Positions 61,344 to 64,000 of a stretch of DNA of 64,000 nt are shown here, piece by piece; position 1 is the stretch's first letter, and each line of letters opens with the position of its first letter. The notes beneath the pieces are model-generated. The model had not been told where the DNA came from, did not search any database, and worked only from the letters and a program-made list of their open reading frames with translations. A program made the position numbers and the translations under genes. The stretch covers positions 71,362,001-71,426,000 of the forward strand of contig OZ024743.1 in NCBI GenBank assembly GCA_964016885.1, given 5' to 3'. This DNA comes from Eledone cirrhosa. Taxonomy: Eukaryota.

Positions 61344-61747
61344 TATTGTATATATATATATATATATATATTTACACACACATACACACATATATATACA
61401 TACATGTACATATGTCTGCATATGTATGTGTACATCTGTGTCTGTATGAAGATGGTTAAAATACACTCAACTGCCCTGTTCACCTACTTCGTGATAAGTA
61501 CCATGTCATTCAATGATTTTTTAGCTTGCAGTGTCGAGTTCCATATATTGCTAAGCTATCTCTACCAGACCTTCTACACAAAATACACAAGTAGAACAGA
61601 ATTTAGACGTTTTTCACTTCCATATATTTAGAGCAAGCTGTATACGAAACATATATATATATATACAAATACGTGAACATATTTACATACACATACACAC
61701 GCGCGCACACACACCCACCCCCACACACACACGCACACACACACACA

Positions 61748-61794
<47 letters not shown>

Positions 61795-61799
61795 GCGCG

Positions 61800-61861
<62 letters not shown>

Positions 61862-63414
61862 AAATGCACGCATACACAAACAGAAACACACACACAAACA
61901 CTACCTTGATATTAAATCGAAGGTTATTTTAAATAAAGGTTATTTTATATAAATATGGATTGCAACTAGCCAGTAATATTCTAAGAAATGTTGGTACCCC
62001 TGCATGGCCTCAACTAGTCGAAAGGAACTCACAACTCAGTAATATTACCAAATATTGATAAAGGTATTTTCTCATCATTGGGTGAGATTAGAATTAGTAG
62101 TTTTTCTCATTATAGTAATAAGCAGGGCTGTGGGCTGACACTATCGTGGCATAAAGTTATTGCCCTTTACATTCTGATTTCAAATTCTACCCAGGTTAGC
62201 TTTGCCTTTGATATTAACATGGTCAATAAAATAAAGTACCAGTAACGCACTGGAGTCGATTTAAACAACTGTCCCCTTCCCCCAAATGTTTGGCCTTGTG
62301 CGTAAATCAGAAACCATTATTTTGTGGCATATGAGGGCAGTGTATTGGCAGCATCGGTAGAGCATCGAACAACATGCTTTTCGGCATAGAGTTACGCCCC
62401 TGCTAGCTTTGCCGTTGATACTAATGGGCTCGATAAAATAAAACATCAGAGACCCATAGGGGTCGATTTAATCGACGGTTCCTTTCCCAAAAATTGTTGC
62501 CTTATGCCTAAATAAGAAACCATCATAGTAAGTTTTTAATAACGTTTTCACAGACTAAATACAATCCATGATCCCCACAAATGCGTTCATTTCAAAAGGT
62601 ATTCTGTATGAAATTCTGAACCCATATTTCAGTGACTTATTAAGTTTAATTCGCTACCATTTATAATAAAAGATAAATTTAATTTTAATAGGAAATTTGA
62701 CCTCGAATTTTAATTCGGAAAATCTGCACAAATGGATGCTAGTGTGAACTAAGTGTAAACTTTTCATCAAAGTATTAAACATTCTTATCAGCAGAAACTT
62801 CTGGTGCCCTTGGCCCTAGGACCACCTCCCTACTCACCACCATCAGCAGGAGTTGGCTACCAGCAGGTGTGAGCCACGCGAGCTGGAATGGCTCTTCCAA
62901 TGCGTCTCCCTCACCATCCTCCGGGAAAATTCCTTCTCTATTCTGTCCACCAGGACGGTATTGCGGCCAGCGCGTGGGCACATATTTGCTTATAATAGTG
63001 AGAGATGGGAAGAGCAGGAGAGACGGAGGAAGAAACTGTGGGAGTTTGGTTCCTTTGTGTTCGGACCTGGTGTATATGTATATATTTATTTAACACACCA
63101 CAAAGACCGTCAAACACTTTTAGTTTCCATGAACTAAATAAATTTGCCATTGAGACATGTCACATACATTACTTATCCACATTGATGTTTAATGATTTCA
63201 TTCTGTCTATTTGCATATACAGAAAATCATTCTAACTAATTACACCCCTCTCACCCATTTCCACACTGAGCTTTATTAAAATCTCACATTCTTTTTGACT
63301 TTCTCCCTTTGTTACTCTTTCACGTGAAGATTGTGTTTTTCAAATATGGTGACAAACGCTAGATACATACATACAAAACTACATACATATATAAATACAT
63401 ACATATGATGGCTG

Positions 63415-63905
63415 CAAACCCTGCTAAGAGTATTGCGATCGCTAGTCAGATTATAGAGTTTGCTGCACTTTTAGGCTACGGCCAACCACACGAACCTGTA
63501 ACATATCCTGAACAAGCAATGTCTAAGCTTTGAAGGTTTTTTAAGTGGGGAAAGGATTTGTACTCGACTAATCCCACTCTCTGAGCATCGAAAACACTGC
63601 CCGAAAGGGAGAACGGGTCAACATCATCGGATGCTTCTGAACCACAGGTTTTTTTTTCAGAGTTTCCCTCAACAACTGGGGACCTTTCACTCCCAGGTGG
63701 TAAAAAAGGTACTATTTGGATGGCCGTTGATTCTGTTGAGTTCCTCCGCCCTTTGCCGGGTCTTGTATTTCATCCAGCAGGGTGTCCAAATATCACCCTC
63801 CTCACCAAGCAAGCTTAGTGTGGTTGCCGGTTTAGTCGCCGACGACCCGACCATGAGACAGGTAGTACTGGGTTACATGTTACCAGTAGCACTTGAGAGC
63901 GACCT
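63415..63905 (-). mobile_element. Probable RTE-clade LINE 5' UTR and start of ORF
   Basis: GC-richer island between microsatellites; minus strand gagggaaactctga..aacc and a LKCSK..NTL-like remnant recall RTE 5' ends (from memory, not aligned). Confidence 0.4.
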
Positions 63906-63933
63906 GATATACATACCAACATATATATATATT

Positions 63934-64000
<67 letters not shown>

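Overview
AT-rich, microsatellite-dense eukaryotic DNA made almost entirely of repeats; I find no intact host gene. The tRNA-derived SINE families and a decayed C2H2 zinc-finger relic suggest an Octopus-like cephalopod (inference). Main contents: (1) an apparently intact Tx1-clade LINE (ORF1 with CCHC knuckle; ORF2 APE-RT-zf) stacked head-to-tail with two truncated relatives in a (TCTA)n tract; (2) a frameshifted Helitron RepHel with 23-aa STPR-like repeats, plus short non-autonomous Helitrons; (3) a 5'-truncated Neptune-type Penelope-like element (PLE) with ~310-bp inverted terminal arms; (4) mariner and RTE relics, a piggyBac-type MITE, roughly 30 SINE copies and several minisatellites. The strongest unexplained signal is a set of about a dozen sequence-diverse type-I hammerhead-ribozyme motifs (CUGANGA...GAAA with palindromic stem III, often followed by AATAAA), together with about ten short fold-back elements of 100-390 bp lying in or beside (TA)n tracts. 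Several fold-backs carry a hammerhead or turn at one. This looks like a system of miniature ribozyme-bearing, fold-back PLE-derived elements targeting (TA)n. All structures were read by eye, and coordinates of degenerate repeats are approximate.
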